Of a stretch of DNA of 46,450 bases, positions 1-9,408 are shown in pieces. A program made the position numbers and the translations under genes. Positions within the stretch are counted from its first letter, which is position 1; every line of letters starts with the position of its first letter. The notes under the pieces were generated by a model. It did not search any database. It was given only the letters and a program-made list of their open reading frames with translations, and had not been told where the DNA came from. Source of the DNA: Candidatus Woesearchaeota archaeon (GTDB lineage: Archaea; Nanobdellota; Nanobdellia; Pacearchaeales; GW2011-AR1); NCBI GenBank assembly GCA_964601675.1, contig CAZROF010000003.1, forward strand, positions 1 through 46,450, written 5' to 3'.

Positions 1-227
1 GCTGTGAAGTCCGAATAGGTTTTTCTTTCAACTATTGTATCATTTATAGAATAGTCTCCTATATCTAAGAGTTCGTGTTGGATGTTGGCTTTTTGTTCTA
101 TGAGGTTTGCTGTGATTAGGGATTGATTTTCTCGTTTGTCTATTATTATGGGGGTTTTTGGATTTGGGCAAGTTGATTCTTTTTTTGGAGAGGTTTTTGA
201 GAAGATGTTTTCTATTTGTTTTGTCAT
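1..227 (-). CDS. ERCC4/XPF-family nuclease, 5' part only (runs off window edge; not in ORF track)
   Basis: Manual translation from ATG 227: MTKQIENIFSK...IIIDKRE...LDIGDYSINDTIVERKTYSDFT. GDY and VERKxxxD are ERCC4 motifs. ATGA overlap with the helicase stop. Confidence 0.88.
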   Translation of the reverse strand, partial: MTKQIENIFSKTSPKKESTCPNPKTPIIIDKRENQSLITANLIEQKANIQHELLDIGDYSINDTIVERKTYSDFT

Positions 228-1768
228 AATAATGTGTGCTGAATTTCTGTAAATGGGCTTTCAAATTCTTTTTTTATTTGCTGAATTGCTGAGTGCATTT
301 CCTTTTCTTTATTTTGTGCTACATAGTGGAAGGTTTCGTCTAGGGTTTTTTTTGTGATTAGTATTTTTAGTTTTCCTTTTGATAATCGCGCTGTCCTCCC
401 TGCTCTTTGTATTTTTCTTATTGCTGAGGGTATTGGTTCGTAGAATATAACTTCTGAAACTTCTGGTATATCTAATCCTTCTTCTGCGATAGAGGTTGCA
501 ACTAATACATTTATTTCTCCTGATTTGAATTTTTCAATCATTGCTTTTTGTTCTTTTTGTTTTAGTCCTGTGGTTTTATCTCCCCCGTGATTTTTTATTG
601 CCTGCCCTACGAAATTATCTGCCTTTATGCTTGATATCTTGTTTAGGGTTTCTGAGATAGTTCTTACTGTTTCTCTGAATTGTGCAAATATTATTATTTT
701 AGAATTTGGGTCGGTTTGAAATTGAGTTTCTACTAGATTTTTTAGGACTTGTATTTTTGGATGTTCTTGATTCAATAATTGTGCTAGGGAGAATGCTTTT
801 GCGAATTCTGGGGATTTTGTAAGTCTTTCTACTCCGCGGGATTTTTTTTCTGCGGCTTGTTGGAATAGGTCTTTTAGATAGGCGATGAATGAGGAAACTG
901 TTTGAGTTTCTAGGAGTATTAGGGCGTGGGATATTTTTAGTGCGGTTGCTGTTGCTGACATTGCTAGCATTTTGTTCATATCTTTTTTCTTTTTGATTTC
1001 TTGTATAAGCCTTCCTTGAATTTTTAGCAACATGGTTCTTGAGGGGTAAGTGAAGAGTACTCGTCTGTGTTTTAATTCGGAGACTTTTTTGTTATAGATT
1101 ATTTCTAATAGAAGTTTTATTTCTAGGAAGTTTGCTGGGAATTCAACTTCTATTTTTTCAAATTCTAAATCTTGCAGGTATGGTTTAACATCTGGTGAAT
1201 TTCTGGTTCTTATTTCTACCGCCTTGACTCCTAAGTTATCACACACTTCTCTTATTGTTTTTTTGTCTCCCCCTGGGGAAGCTGTTAGTGCTAGGACTTT
1301 TGGATTTTGAGCTTGTATTTTGTAGCGTTGTGTGATTTTATTATAAGCGTAGTTTTTGAGGCAACGATGACATTCGTCTACTACTAAGAGTGAGACTTTC
1401 TTGAGGGAGTAGAGTTCTTTTCTGATGTCGTTTGCTATGCATTGCGGGGTTGAGAATATGAATTCAGCAGTTTCCCAGATTTCTTTTCTCTTTTTAGAGT
1501 TAGTTTTTCCTGTGAAAAGTTGCATATCTGCCCAATCTTCTGGGAGGTTTTTTTTGAAAGATTCGAAGTGTTGTTCTATTAATGGTTTTGTTGGGGCTAG
1601 TATTAGGATTTTTTGGAGGGGGTAGGCTTTGAATCGTTGAATTGTGAGCATTAGTGCTATGAGGGTTTTTCCTGTTCCGGTTGGGAGGATTACGAGGCAG
1701 TCTTTTTCTTTGCAGGTTTGGAATATTGTGGATTGGTATTCTCTGGGAGTTAGTTTTAATTCTTTCAT
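224..1768 (-). CDS. hef: Hef/FANCM-like SF2 helicase without fused nuclease
   Basis: PREYQ Q-motif, PTGTGKT, DECH, LTASPG, ATSIAEEGLDIP, IQRAGRTAR. Confidence 0.92.
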   Translation of the reverse strand: MKELKLTPREYQSTIFQTCKEKDCLVILPTGTGKTLIALMLTIQRFKAYPLQKILILAPTKPLIEQHFESFKKNLPEDWADMQLFTGKTNSKKRKEIWETAEFIFSTPQCIANDIRKELYSLKKVSLLVVDECHRCLKNYAYNKITQRYKIQAQNPKVLALTASPGGDKKTIREVCDNLGVKAVEIRTRNSPDVKPYLQDLEFEKIEVEFPANFLEIKLLLEIIYNKKVSELKHRRVLFTYPSRTMLLKIQGRLIQEIKKKKDMNKMLAMSATATALKISHALILLETQTVSSFIAYLKDLFQQAAEKKSRGVERLTKSPEFAKAFSLAQLLNQEHPKIQVLKNLVETQFQTDPNSKIIIFAQFRETVRTISETLNKISSIKADNFVGQAIKNHGGDKTTGLKQKEQKAMIEKFKSGEINVLVATSIAEEGLDIPEVSEVIFYEPIPSAIRKIQRAGRTARLSKGKLKILITKKTLDETFHYVAQNKEKEMHSAIQQIKKEFESPFTEIQHTLL

Positions 1769-1789
1769 TTTTGGGTGAGGTAAAATAGG

Positions 1790-1797
1790 TTTATAAA
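1790..1797 (-). promoter_or_regulatory. TATA box, probably leaderless transcript of hef
   Basis: TTTATAAA 22-29 nt upstream of the ATG at 1768. Confidence 0.55.
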
Positions 1798-1834
1798 TTT
1801 TGAAAGATTTTTTGAGTACTATAAAATTGTTGTT

Positions 1835-2776
1835 TTATTTAAGTTTTTTAATATCCTTTAATATTTTTTTGGTTTCTTTTATTGGGAAATCCATTATTTT
1901 TTCTATAGGAGTTTTACTTTTCTTCCTTTTTACTTTTCTTTTTATTTTCTCTGCATTATCAAAATATTTTTTAGTTTCAAGATATCCTGTTCGTATTATT
2001 TTTTTGTGATTTATTAATTTGAATGGATTAAATTTCTTAAGATTTGGTTCTATTAGAATTAATTTTTTAGTTTGGGAAATTTTTACTTTAGTTTGGTTTA
2101 GTATATGGTATCGTAAAGATCTTCTTATTATTTCGAATTTTGTTTTGACGTTTTTTATAAAGTTGTTTTTTGGGTTTTTGTAATAGTAATTTCCTCTTTT
2201 TTTGTTTAAAACATTTATTGCTAGTTTGATGTTCTTCCTTTTTGCTGCTTCAATTGGTAGATTTGAACTGACGCCTCCATCAATATATACTTCTCCTTTT
2301 ATTTTTTTTATGTGTAAGACTCCTGGTATAGCTATTGATGCGAGAATTGCATCGTATATTTTTATGTTGTCTTTTTTTGTGAATATTTTTTCTTCACCGT
2401 CTTTTAGTTTTGTTGCAACTATTTTTAATGATATTTTTGTGTCTTGAATTTTTTTATTTTGGAATAAATTTTTTAGTAATATTTTTGCTTTTTTATAATC
2501 AACTCTTCCTTGAAGGTATTTTATTTCGAAGAGATCATGGGTTCTTAAGTTTTTGAGTTTTTGTTGTATTGTTTCAGATGTGTTGCCGATTGAGTAGAGT
2601 GCACCAATTATACCTCCCATTGAGGTTCCGATTATTTCTGAAGGGTGGAGCTTGTTTTCTTCTAGAAATTTTATTGTTCCTATATGTGCTAATCCCAGAG
2701 AGGAGCCTCCTGATAAAATTAGTGAGAAGTTGTTTCTTTGAAGATTTCTTATCGTAAAAAGTTTTTGTTTTGACAT
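1835..2776 (-). CDS. Patatin-like phospholipase
   Basis: LSGGSSLG oxyanion motif, GTSMG nucleophile, DGG motif. Confidence 0.9.
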   Translation of the reverse strand: MSKQKLFTIRNLQRNNFSLILSGGSSLGLAHIGTIKFLEENKLHPSEIIGTSMGGIIGALYSIGNTSETIQQKLKNLRTHDLFEIKYLQGRVDYKKAKILLKNLFQNKKIQDTKISLKIVATKLKDGEEKIFTKKDNIKIYDAILASIAIPGVLHIKKIKGEVYIDGGVSSNLPIEAAKRKNIKLAINVLNKKRGNYYYKNPKNNFIKNVKTKFEIIRRSLRYHILNQTKVKISQTKKLILIEPNLKKFNPFKLINHKKIIRTGYLETKKYFDNAEKIKRKVKRKKSKTPIEKIMDFPIKETKKILKDIKKLK

Positions 2777-3390
2777 TATATAATTAAGCCCCAGCCCAGA
2801 ACTATTAGTGTTATTGTGAATATTGTTATCCAGAGGGCCCGGCTTGCGTAGAATATTTTCGATCCATCTAGTCTACCTATTGGGATTATATTCCATGCTA
2901 TAAAGTATATTGAAAGTTTTGCAAATAGTTCATATCCTGCGATATATCCTGCGATGGCAAATAATAGGTTTGCAATTAATCCCCAAACTGCAATCCATGC
3001 CATATGCCATTCTGTTACTTGAGTGAATCTATATAATCCGTGTCTTTTTGCGACTCTTTCTGCTTTTGCTTTGATATCAAATTCTAAAATTCCGAGCCAG
3101 AGTATTTGACCCTTTGTAAATAAAGCCAACAAGAGAGGTAGCCATATCATTGGAATCGGAGTTTTAAAATGCATATCTTTTCTAAATCCAAATTGATACC
3201 ATGTCCAAAATTTTGTTTTTACATCGGTTTCCAGATTGTATCCAACTATTTTTTTGGTTATTATATTTATCGAGATTATTATTAGGAAAGATAGAGCGCT
3301 TGTGTAAAATATAGTGGTGTCTTTGAATGAAACAGTTAGAGCTAAAATTATTGTCGCTAAAATTATTGTCGCTATTTCTTTTTTGTCCAT
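2776..3390 (-). CDS. M50/site-2-protease-like membrane protein lacking HExxH
   Basis: NIIPIGRLDG matches NxxPxxxLDG. The HExxH position reads NIITK. Multiple TM helices. Confidence 0.65.
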   Translation of the reverse strand: MDKKEIATIILATIILALTVSFKDTTIFYTSALSFLIIISINIITKKIVGYNLETDVKTKFWTWYQFGFRKDMHFKTPIPMIWLPLLLALFTKGQILWLGILEFDIKAKAERVAKRHGLYRFTQVTEWHMAWIAVWGLIANLLFAIAGYIAGYELFAKLSIYFIAWNIIPIGRLDGSKIFYASRALWITIFTITLIVLGWGLII

Positions 3391-3496
3391 AGAGGGATTA
3401 GTTTTGGTATTTTTATAAAGTTGTCGTTGTTTTTGTTTGTTATTTTGTATTTTAGAGTATAGAAATGTATTTAAATGGAATCGGAGTTGGTGTTTT

Positions 3497-3799
3497 ATGT
3501 TAAGGATAAAACGAATGAGCGATGTAATTGGGCGACGAGTTTATACTGATTCTGGGGATTTATTTGGTGTTGTTGAGGAGATGAACCTGATTGATAATAA
3601 AATTGATGGTTGGAGAATTGTTGTTTCTAGGGAATCTGGGATGATTGAGGTTTTAGGGGGAGCTAGAGGTATTATTGTTCCACATCAGTTTATTAAAGCG
3701 ATTGGAGATGTTATTATTATTAATAAGAATGCTGTTCCGATTAGACAGGAAGAGGAATCTTTTGGTGAGCTTGATGATTCTGAAGATTTAGAGATGTAA
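3497..3799 (+). CDS. PRC-barrel domain protein
   Basis: MSDVIGRRVYTDSGDLFGVV...IIVPHQFIKAIGDVIII. ATG 3497 preferred over the ORF-track start because a TATA-like TTTAAA lies upstream. Confidence 0.85.
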   Translation: MLRIKRMSDVIGRRVYTDSGDLFGVVEEMNLIDNKIDGWRIVVSRESGMIEVLGGARGIIVPHQFIKAIGDVIIINKNAVPIRQEEESFGELDDSEDLEM

Positions 3800-3845
3800 T
3801 TTTTGATGTGAGAATACATTTATAGTATTTATTATTGTCATTATT

Positions 3846-4119
3846 ATGAAGATTGTGGCGGATGTTGAGAGAAGGTATGTTTTTTGATTGCTGGGTTATT
3901 GATAGATTTTGGTGGATTATTCATTGTTAATGCTTTTGGTGGGGTTAGTTTTCTATTGTGTGGCATAATATAGGAGGGATTCGGGTTGATGATAGTTTAT
4001 GTCATGCCATAGGTGTTCATGGTTGTGGTGCTGATAATGCTCCAATTGCGGGTTCAGGAATTAAGGTTTCTGGAGATATTATATCTAACATAAACGCTTA
4101 TTTATGCAGAAAGAATTAA
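3846..4119 (+). pseudogene. Frameshifted remnant of a secreted/membrane-anchored protein
   Basis: Joining frames at two T-runs gives MKIVADVERRYVF/LIAGLLIDFGGLFIVNAFGGVS/SIVWHNIGG...CRKN*, a signal-peptide-like N-terminus. TATA-like TTTATA upstream. Confidence 0.45.
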
Positions 4120-4218
4120 TATTTTTTGAGATATATTTATTCTAATGTTTTTAGTTTAATCAATTTTTAAATTTTTATTTACAGTAATGTTTAAATAAGT
4201 TTGATTGTTTAGGTCAAT

Positions 4219-4704
4219 ATGATATTTGATAATCCAATCTTTACGGAGATGTTGTTGCCGTTTTTACTTGTATTTGTGGTAATTTTTGCTATTTTACAGA
4301 AGTCTAAAATTTTAGGAGAAGGGAAGACGCAAATTGATGCTATTGTTGGTATGGTTATTGGTTTGATTTTAATTGGTGTCCCGGGTCCTAGAGATATTCT
4401 TGTTAGTCTTATGCCTTGGATGTCTGTTGGTGTTGCTGTTGTTTTGGTGTTTTTAATTTTATATGGCTTTGTTGCTGGAGATATGTCTAAGGAAGAGAAT
4501 ATGCCTAAGTGGCTGAAATTTATCTTTATGGGAATTGCTGCTGTTTTTACTATTGGTGTTGTTTTATTTGTGAGTGGATTAGGTTCTAAGATTTGGGATT
4601 CGTTTGGGGGTAAAAGTGATATTTGGATGAATATTGTTATGATCGTTTTGGTTTTAGGGGCCATGGCTGTTGCCGTTTTTAGTGGGAAGAAGAAGTCCGA
4701 GTAG
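4219..4704 (+). CDS. Multi-pass membrane protein, paralog 1
   Basis: N-terminal LLPFLLVFVVIFAILQKSKILG motif shared with the next two genes. Confidence 0.8.
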   Translation: MIFDNPIFTEMLLPFLLVFVVIFAILQKSKILGEGKTQIDAIVGMVIGLILIGVPGPRDILVSLMPWMSVGVAVVLVFLILYGFVAGDMSKEENMPKWLKFIFMGIAAVFTIGVVLFVSGLGSKIWDSFGGKSDIWMNIVMIVLVLGAMAVAVFSGKKKSE

Positions 4705-4742
4705 GAAGAAAGATATATAAATAAGATTTGTTTGTATAAATT

Positions 4743-5261
4743 ATGGTTACGACTATCACTGAGGTTTTGAATATATGGAACCAGATGGGTGTGTTTTCTT
4801 ATGTGATTCCGTTTTTGTTAATTTTTGCGGTTGTGTTTGCCATTTTAAAGAAGACTAAGATTTTGGGGGATGACAACGATGGAATTTTGGCTATTATAGC
4901 GGTTGCTTTAGGTTTATTGTCGTTGCAATTTGATTTTGTTAGTGAATTTTATGCCGTTATTTTTCCTAGATTTGGTGTTGGGCTGAGTGTTTTTTTGGTT
5001 TTATTGATTTTTCTCGGTTTTTTTACTAAAGCAGATGATGATGATAGTTTAGGGATATTGGTGCCTTTTGGCTTTATTGTTGCTCTTGGAACTGTTATTT
5101 GGTCTTTTGGGTCTTGGGGTCAGTGGAATAATTATGGTGGTTTTGGTGGATGGTTTAGTGATAATTTTTGGGCTGTTCTGGTTTTAGGGGTTGTGATTGG
5201 ACTCATTGCTTATGTTATTAAAAGTGGTAAATCTAGGCTGCCAAGGGTGAATACTAAATGA
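4743..5261 (+). CDS. Multi-pass membrane protein, paralog 2
   Basis: VIPFLLIFAVVFAILKKTKILG motif; about 5 TM segments. Confidence 0.8.
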   Translation: MVTTITEVLNIWNQMGVFSYVIPFLLIFAVVFAILKKTKILGDDNDGILAIIAVALGLLSLQFDFVSEFYAVIFPRFGVGLSVFLVLLIFLGFFTKADDDDSLGILVPFGFIVALGTVIWSFGSWGQWNNYGGFGGWFSDNFWAVLVLGVVIGLIAYVIKSGKSRLPRVNTK

Positions 5262-5734
5262 TTGAGGCATCAACTTCTGCGATTGGATATTTTATGCCTA
5301 TTTTTTCTTTTTTATTAGTATTTATTGTTATACATGCTATTCTTGTTAAGACTAAGATTTTGGGAGATAGTCCTGCGGTGATGTTGTTTATTTCGTTTAT
5401 TCTTTCTAGTTTCTTTATTGTGGAGGCTAATTTGGTCGAATTCGTGCAATTTGGTTCTGCATGGTTTGGGGTTGTTGTAATTGGGTTGTTTTTTTTAATT
5501 GTGATATTAGCATTTATTCCAGGTATTGATTTGGCTAAATTTTTTGGGAAGAATAATTGGTTTGCATGGATTTTATTGGGTTTACTTGTTGCATTTTTTG
5601 TTATTAGTTCTGCTTATATTTTTAATTGGGTTTTAAACTGGGGTATAATTCGAAGTTGGTTTGACACGGATTGGTTTGGAATGGTTTTGTTGTTGGCTAT
5701 AGCTGGTGTAGTTTCTTGGAAGATTAAAGGCTGA
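5258..5734 (+). CDS. Multi-pass membrane protein, paralog 3
   Basis: IFSFLLVFIVIHAILVKTKILG motif; ATGA overlap with paralog 2. Confidence 0.8.
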   Translation: MIEASTSAIGYFMPIFSFLLVFIVIHAILVKTKILGDSPAVMLFISFILSSFFIVEANLVEFVQFGSAWFGVVVIGLFFLIVILAFIPGIDLAKFFGKNNWFAWILLGLLVAFFVISSAYIFNWVLNWGIIRSWFDTDWFGMVLLLAIAGVVSWKIKG

Positions 5735-5811
5735 TTTTCAGCTTTAGTTTTTTGGCAGAATTATTATGTACGCTATAAAAAAATTTATATTGTAAATTTA
5801 GTTGTTAAGAA

Positions 5812-6516
5812 TTAAGCCTTTCTCGGGTTTGAGGAATTATTTTCAGAAAGTTTTTTCATTTCGTTAACATTATCAATTAATGGATTCATTAATTTTGCAA
5901 CTGTTCCGTGGAGATTATCTAAGTCTTTGTGTACCATTGCATAGTTTTCTCCATATTCCCCAATTTTCCCCAAAATTGCTTGCTGGAGTTGTGCTATCGA
6001 ATTTTCTATTCTTTTGAGTCTATCATCTATATTATTAACTTGGTTTTGTATTTGGTTTTTGAATGATACAATGTCTCCGGTTTTTGCCTTATAATCTTCT
6101 AGTTTTTCAATTACGACTTGTTCTGCTATTTCGGATATTGTTTCGGTTCCGTATCCTTCTGATTGTGGATAGTAGTCTTGTTCTTGATATGCTTGAGGTT
6201 GTGGAGTATAATATTCTTGTGGGGGCTGTTCTTCGGTTTGTTGAGGTGGAGACTGAATTGGAACTTGAGGGGTGGGATTTTGTGGGGTTGACATTATTGA
6301 AGGTTGCATTGTTTGATTATTAGTTGTTGGTTGTTGGGTATTAGTTTCGGTAGCTGGAATTGGTTCTGGAGGTGAAACTGCATTTTTTATTTTGGCCTGG
6401 TTTAGGGCGTCATTTATTTCTGAAGGAGATATTCCTTCGTTTTGTAACTGTGTCACAATTTCGTCATCTGATTTTTCATTTTGTTGTAGTTGAATTATTC
6501 TATCGAGTGTGTCCAT
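5812..6516 (-). CDS. Hypothetical protein: small helical N-domain, P/Q/T-rich linker, C-terminal coiled coil
   Basis: 234-aa ORF with low-complexity linker and heptad pattern. Confidence 0.75.
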   Translation of the reverse strand: MDTLDRIIQLQQNEKSDDEIVTQLQNEGISPSEINDALNQAKIKNAVSPPEPIPATETNTQQPTTNNQTMQPSIMSTPQNPTPQVPIQSPPQQTEEQPPQEYYTPQPQAYQEQDYYPQSEGYGTETISEIAEQVVIEKLEDYKAKTGDIVSFKNQIQNQVNNIDDRLKRIENSIAQLQQAILGKIGEYGENYAMVHKDLDNLHGTVAKLMNPLIDNVNEMKKLSENNSSNPRKA

Positions 6517-6520
6517 TATA

Positions 6521-6901
6521 TTATTTAGATTTTATAGTATTTATTTCTTTGTTAATCATTTCTTCTATGTCTTTTTTTCTCATGAATTCTAGGGGTTGGA
6601 AATCTTTTAGCATTCTTTCTATTAGGGTTAATTCTTCTCGTTTTACAAATTTGTCGAATTCTGTTAAAAGTGCATTGGATGTTTTTTTAAGTTTTTCTAA
6701 ATCTTGTTGTATTTGGAGATTTTCTTGTTTAATATTTTTTATTTCTTCTCCTAATTCCTTTCTTATTGAAATTAAATTTTTTCCCAATAAAAGCACTCTT
6801 TCTCTTATTAATTTATTTCTTTCATCTGTGTCTTTGAGTCTTGTGTTAAAATCTGATAGAAGAAATTTTATTTGGGCGTCGGTGTCTTGTGGTGGTGTCA
6901 T
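6521..6901 (-). CDS. Hypothetical coiled-coil protein
   Basis: 126-aa charged helical ORF; TATA-like TTATAAA upstream; 4 nt from the next gene. Confidence 0.75.
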   Translation of the reverse strand: MTPPQDTDAQIKFLLSDFNTRLKDTDERNKLIRERVLLLGKNLISIRKELGEEIKNIKQENLQIQQDLEKLKKTSNALLTEFDKFVKREELTLIERMLKDFQPLEFMRKKDIEEMINKEINTIKSK

Positions 6902-6989
6902 GGTTGTGTTAGAGCGGGGAAGTTTATAATTGTTTAGGACACATATATTTTAATATACTTTTTGCTGTAATTTATTGAGGTGAATAAAG

Positions 6990-9275
6990 ATGATGTTTAA
7001 GAGTGAATCGGCGTTGTATTCTTATGAGATAGTTCGTGAGAGTGGGGAGAATGTATTATATATTAATTATTTGGGTGCGAGTATTGTTCCTTCAATTGGT
7101 GATTCTGCTGAGGTTATGGCACGAACTATTGGTGTTTTGAGGGAAGAATCTAGTATTATAAGGATTGTTTTTGTTCAACAGAGGAATTATTCTTATGATT
7201 TTTCCCAGGTTAAGATGTTACAGGAGATTGCGGGGTTGTCAGATTTTTTAATAAAACAGGAGAAAATTGTTAGTCCAGAAAGGTTAGGCGGGTTGGGGGA
7301 TGACTATAATGAGGCATACGTTTTTTTTAATAGGATTATTAATGAGTTATTGGTAAGTGATCCTATTTTGGCTTATAGGGAATTAAGAAGTAAATTATTT
7401 AGATTGAAGGCACAAAGTCGGAAGTCGGAAGTCGGAAGTCGGAAGTCGGAAGAGTATATTAGATTGCTTGAGAAGTTGGTTGATTGGTTTGAGGATTTGG
7501 ATTTAGTGAAGAAATTAAAGGGGTTTTTCGATTCTTATGTGAGGGGAGATCGTGCAATTTATGGTGAAGTTTTTCGTGCAGATATTATGCCTAATTTTAC
7601 ATTTACCCGGATGATTGCCAAGATTCCAAGTGATGCTGAGATTATAAAACAATATAGAATTGGTTCGGGTGAGATGAAAAGCTTGGTGAGTATTTTTAAG
7701 ATACCAAATAAAGCTAAATTGGTTTATCATTTATCTCCCCCAGAATATTTACTTCCTGAAGACCATCATATGTTATTGAATTTAGCACGAAATGTTTTGA
7801 TTGAGCATAGGCCTACTGCTGAAGAATTTTCAGATCCAGAGAGGACACGACAGGTTTTTTTTAATGTTGCTCGGGATTTGCTTAGTGATTTGGCTAGTAG
7901 TAAGAATGTGGTTTTGAGTTATGGGGATATGAAAAGTCTTGCGAGTATTTTAGTAAGGTATACTATTGGATTTGGTGTTTTGGAGGTTTTATTGCAAGAT
8001 AGTGATTTACAAGATATTATGGTTAATGCTCCTGTCGGTTTATCTAATATTTTTGTGAGGCATAATGAATTTGGGGAATGTGTTTCCAATTTAGTACCTT
8101 CAGTTGAGGATGCTGATTCGTGGGCTGCTAAATTTAGAATGACTTCTGGTAGGGCACTCGATGAAGCAAACCCTATTTTGGATACAAATTTGGAGTTGAA
8201 TGATGTGAGTGCGAGGGTTGCGATTATTCAGCAGCCACTTTCTGCTGGAGGACTTGCTTATACTTTAAGGAGACATAGGAGTAAGCCTTGGACCTTGCCG
8301 TTGTTTATTAAGAATGGGATGCTGGATTCTTTGGGTGCGGGGCTTCTTAGTTTTATGATTGATGGGGCTCGTACTATGTTGGTTGCTGGGACTCGGTCAA
8401 GTGGGAAGACTTCTTTACTCGGCAGTTTGCTTTTGGAGATTATGCCTAATAAGAGAATTATTACGGTGGAAGATACTTTAGAGCTTCCTGTGTCTAGTAT
8501 GCGAAAGCTGGATTATGATATTTTGTCTATGAAGGTTCGAAGTGCTTTGGGTCAGGAGAAGAGTGTGGAGGTTTCAGCTGAGGAGGGAATTCGGGCTTCT
8601 TTGCGTTTGGGGGACTCTAGTCTGATTGTTGGAGAAATTCGTTCTGGTGAAGCCAAGGCTTTATATGAGGCGATGAGAGTTGGGGCCTTAGCTAATGTTG
8701 TTGCGGGTACGATTCATGGTGCTAGTCCTTATGGAGTTTTTGACAGGGTTGTTAATGATTTAGGTGTTCCTGCTACTTCATTTAAGGCGACTGATTTGAT
8801 TATTGTTGCTAATCCAATTAAGAGTGCTGATGGATTGCATTCCTGGAGAAGAGTTTTATCTATTACGGAGGTTCGGAAACATTGGGAGAAGGATCCTTTG
8901 AAAGAAGGTGGTTTTGTTGATTTGATGAGGTATGATGTAAAGTTAGATAAAATTGTGCCAACTGATGATTTGATTAATGGGGATAGTGAGATAATGAAGG
9001 AGATTGCTTCTAACGTTAAGGGCTGGGCGGGGGATTGGGATGCGGTTTGGGATAATGTTGTTTTGAGATCGAATATTAAGCAAGAGATTGTGGATTTTGC
9101 TGAGAGGATGAATATGCCTGAAATTTTAGAGAGTGAATTTAGTGTGAAATCCAATAATGCATTTCATCAGATTAGTGATGAGGTAGTTGCGGATGTTGGG
9201 TTGCCTGTTTCGGATCAGGTTTTTCCAAAATGGAAAAGATGGTTAGAAAAAGAGAGTAAGAAGTTGGGGATTTGA
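6990..9275 (+). CDS. Type II/IV secretion (pilus assembly) ATPase, FlaI/TadA/CpaF family
   Basis: Walker A GTRSSGKT, ITVEDTLEL, Walker B LIVGEIR, GTIHG. Confidence 0.93.
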   Translation: MMFKSESALYSYEIVRESGENVLYINYLGASIVPSIGDSAEVMARTIGVLREESSIIRIVFVQQRNYSYDFSQVKMLQEIAGLSDFLIKQEKIVSPERLGGLGDDYNEAYVFFNRIINELLVSDPILAYRELRSKLFRLKAQSRKSEVGSRKSEEYIRLLEKLVDWFEDLDLVKKLKGFFDSYVRGDRAIYGEVFRADIMPNFTFTRMIAKIPSDAEIIKQYRIGSGEMKSLVSIFKIPNKAKLVYHLSPPEYLLPEDHHMLLNLARNVLIEHRPTAEEFSDPERTRQVFFNVARDLLSDLASSKNVVLSYGDMKSLASILVRYTIGFGVLEVLLQDSDLQDIMVNAPVGLSNIFVRHNEFGECVSNLVPSVEDADSWAAKFRMTSGRALDEANPILDTNLELNDVSARVAIIQQPLSAGGLAYTLRRHRSKPWTLPLFIKNGMLDSLGAGLLSFMIDGARTMLVAGTRSSGKTSLLGSLLLEIMPNKRIITVEDTLELPVSSMRKLDYDILSMKVRSALGQEKSVEVSAEEGIRASLRLGDSSLIVGEIRSGEAKALYEAMRVGALANVVAGTIHGASPYGVFDRVVNDLGVPATSFKATDLIIVANPIKSADGLHSWRRVLSITEVRKHWEKDPLKEGGFVDLMRYDVKLDKIVPTDDLINGDSEIMKEIASNVKGWAGDWDAVWDNVVLRSNIKQEIVDFAERMNMPEILESEFSVKSNNAFHQISDEVVADVGLPVSDQVFPKWKRWLEKESKKLGI
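7415..7452 (+). repeat. Heptamer tandem repeat (AAGTCGG)x5 + AAG within the ATPase CDS
   Basis: Read directly; encodes SRKSEVGSRKSE. Confidence 0.95.
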
Positions 9276-9408
9276 GTAATTTTAAAGAGGAGGTGTTATT
9301 GGGGTTTTTATGAGAAGGAGTAGAGCTTATATTTTTGCGATGTTTTTGTTTCGTTTTTATTAAATAAGGTTATGTTATAGTTTAAAAAGGCAATTTCAAT
9401 TGAATTTT

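Noticed and set aside
40-264. 74-aa ORF-track protein at the window start
   Set aside because: Wrong frame; the overlapping frame from ATG 227 carries ERCC4 motifs
6360-6929. 189-aa plus-strand ORF and similar antisense ORFs (4209, 8729, 14161, 15394, 16800, 32370, 41084 etc.)
   Set aside because: Shadows of real genes on the opposite strand, with no motifs or initiation signals
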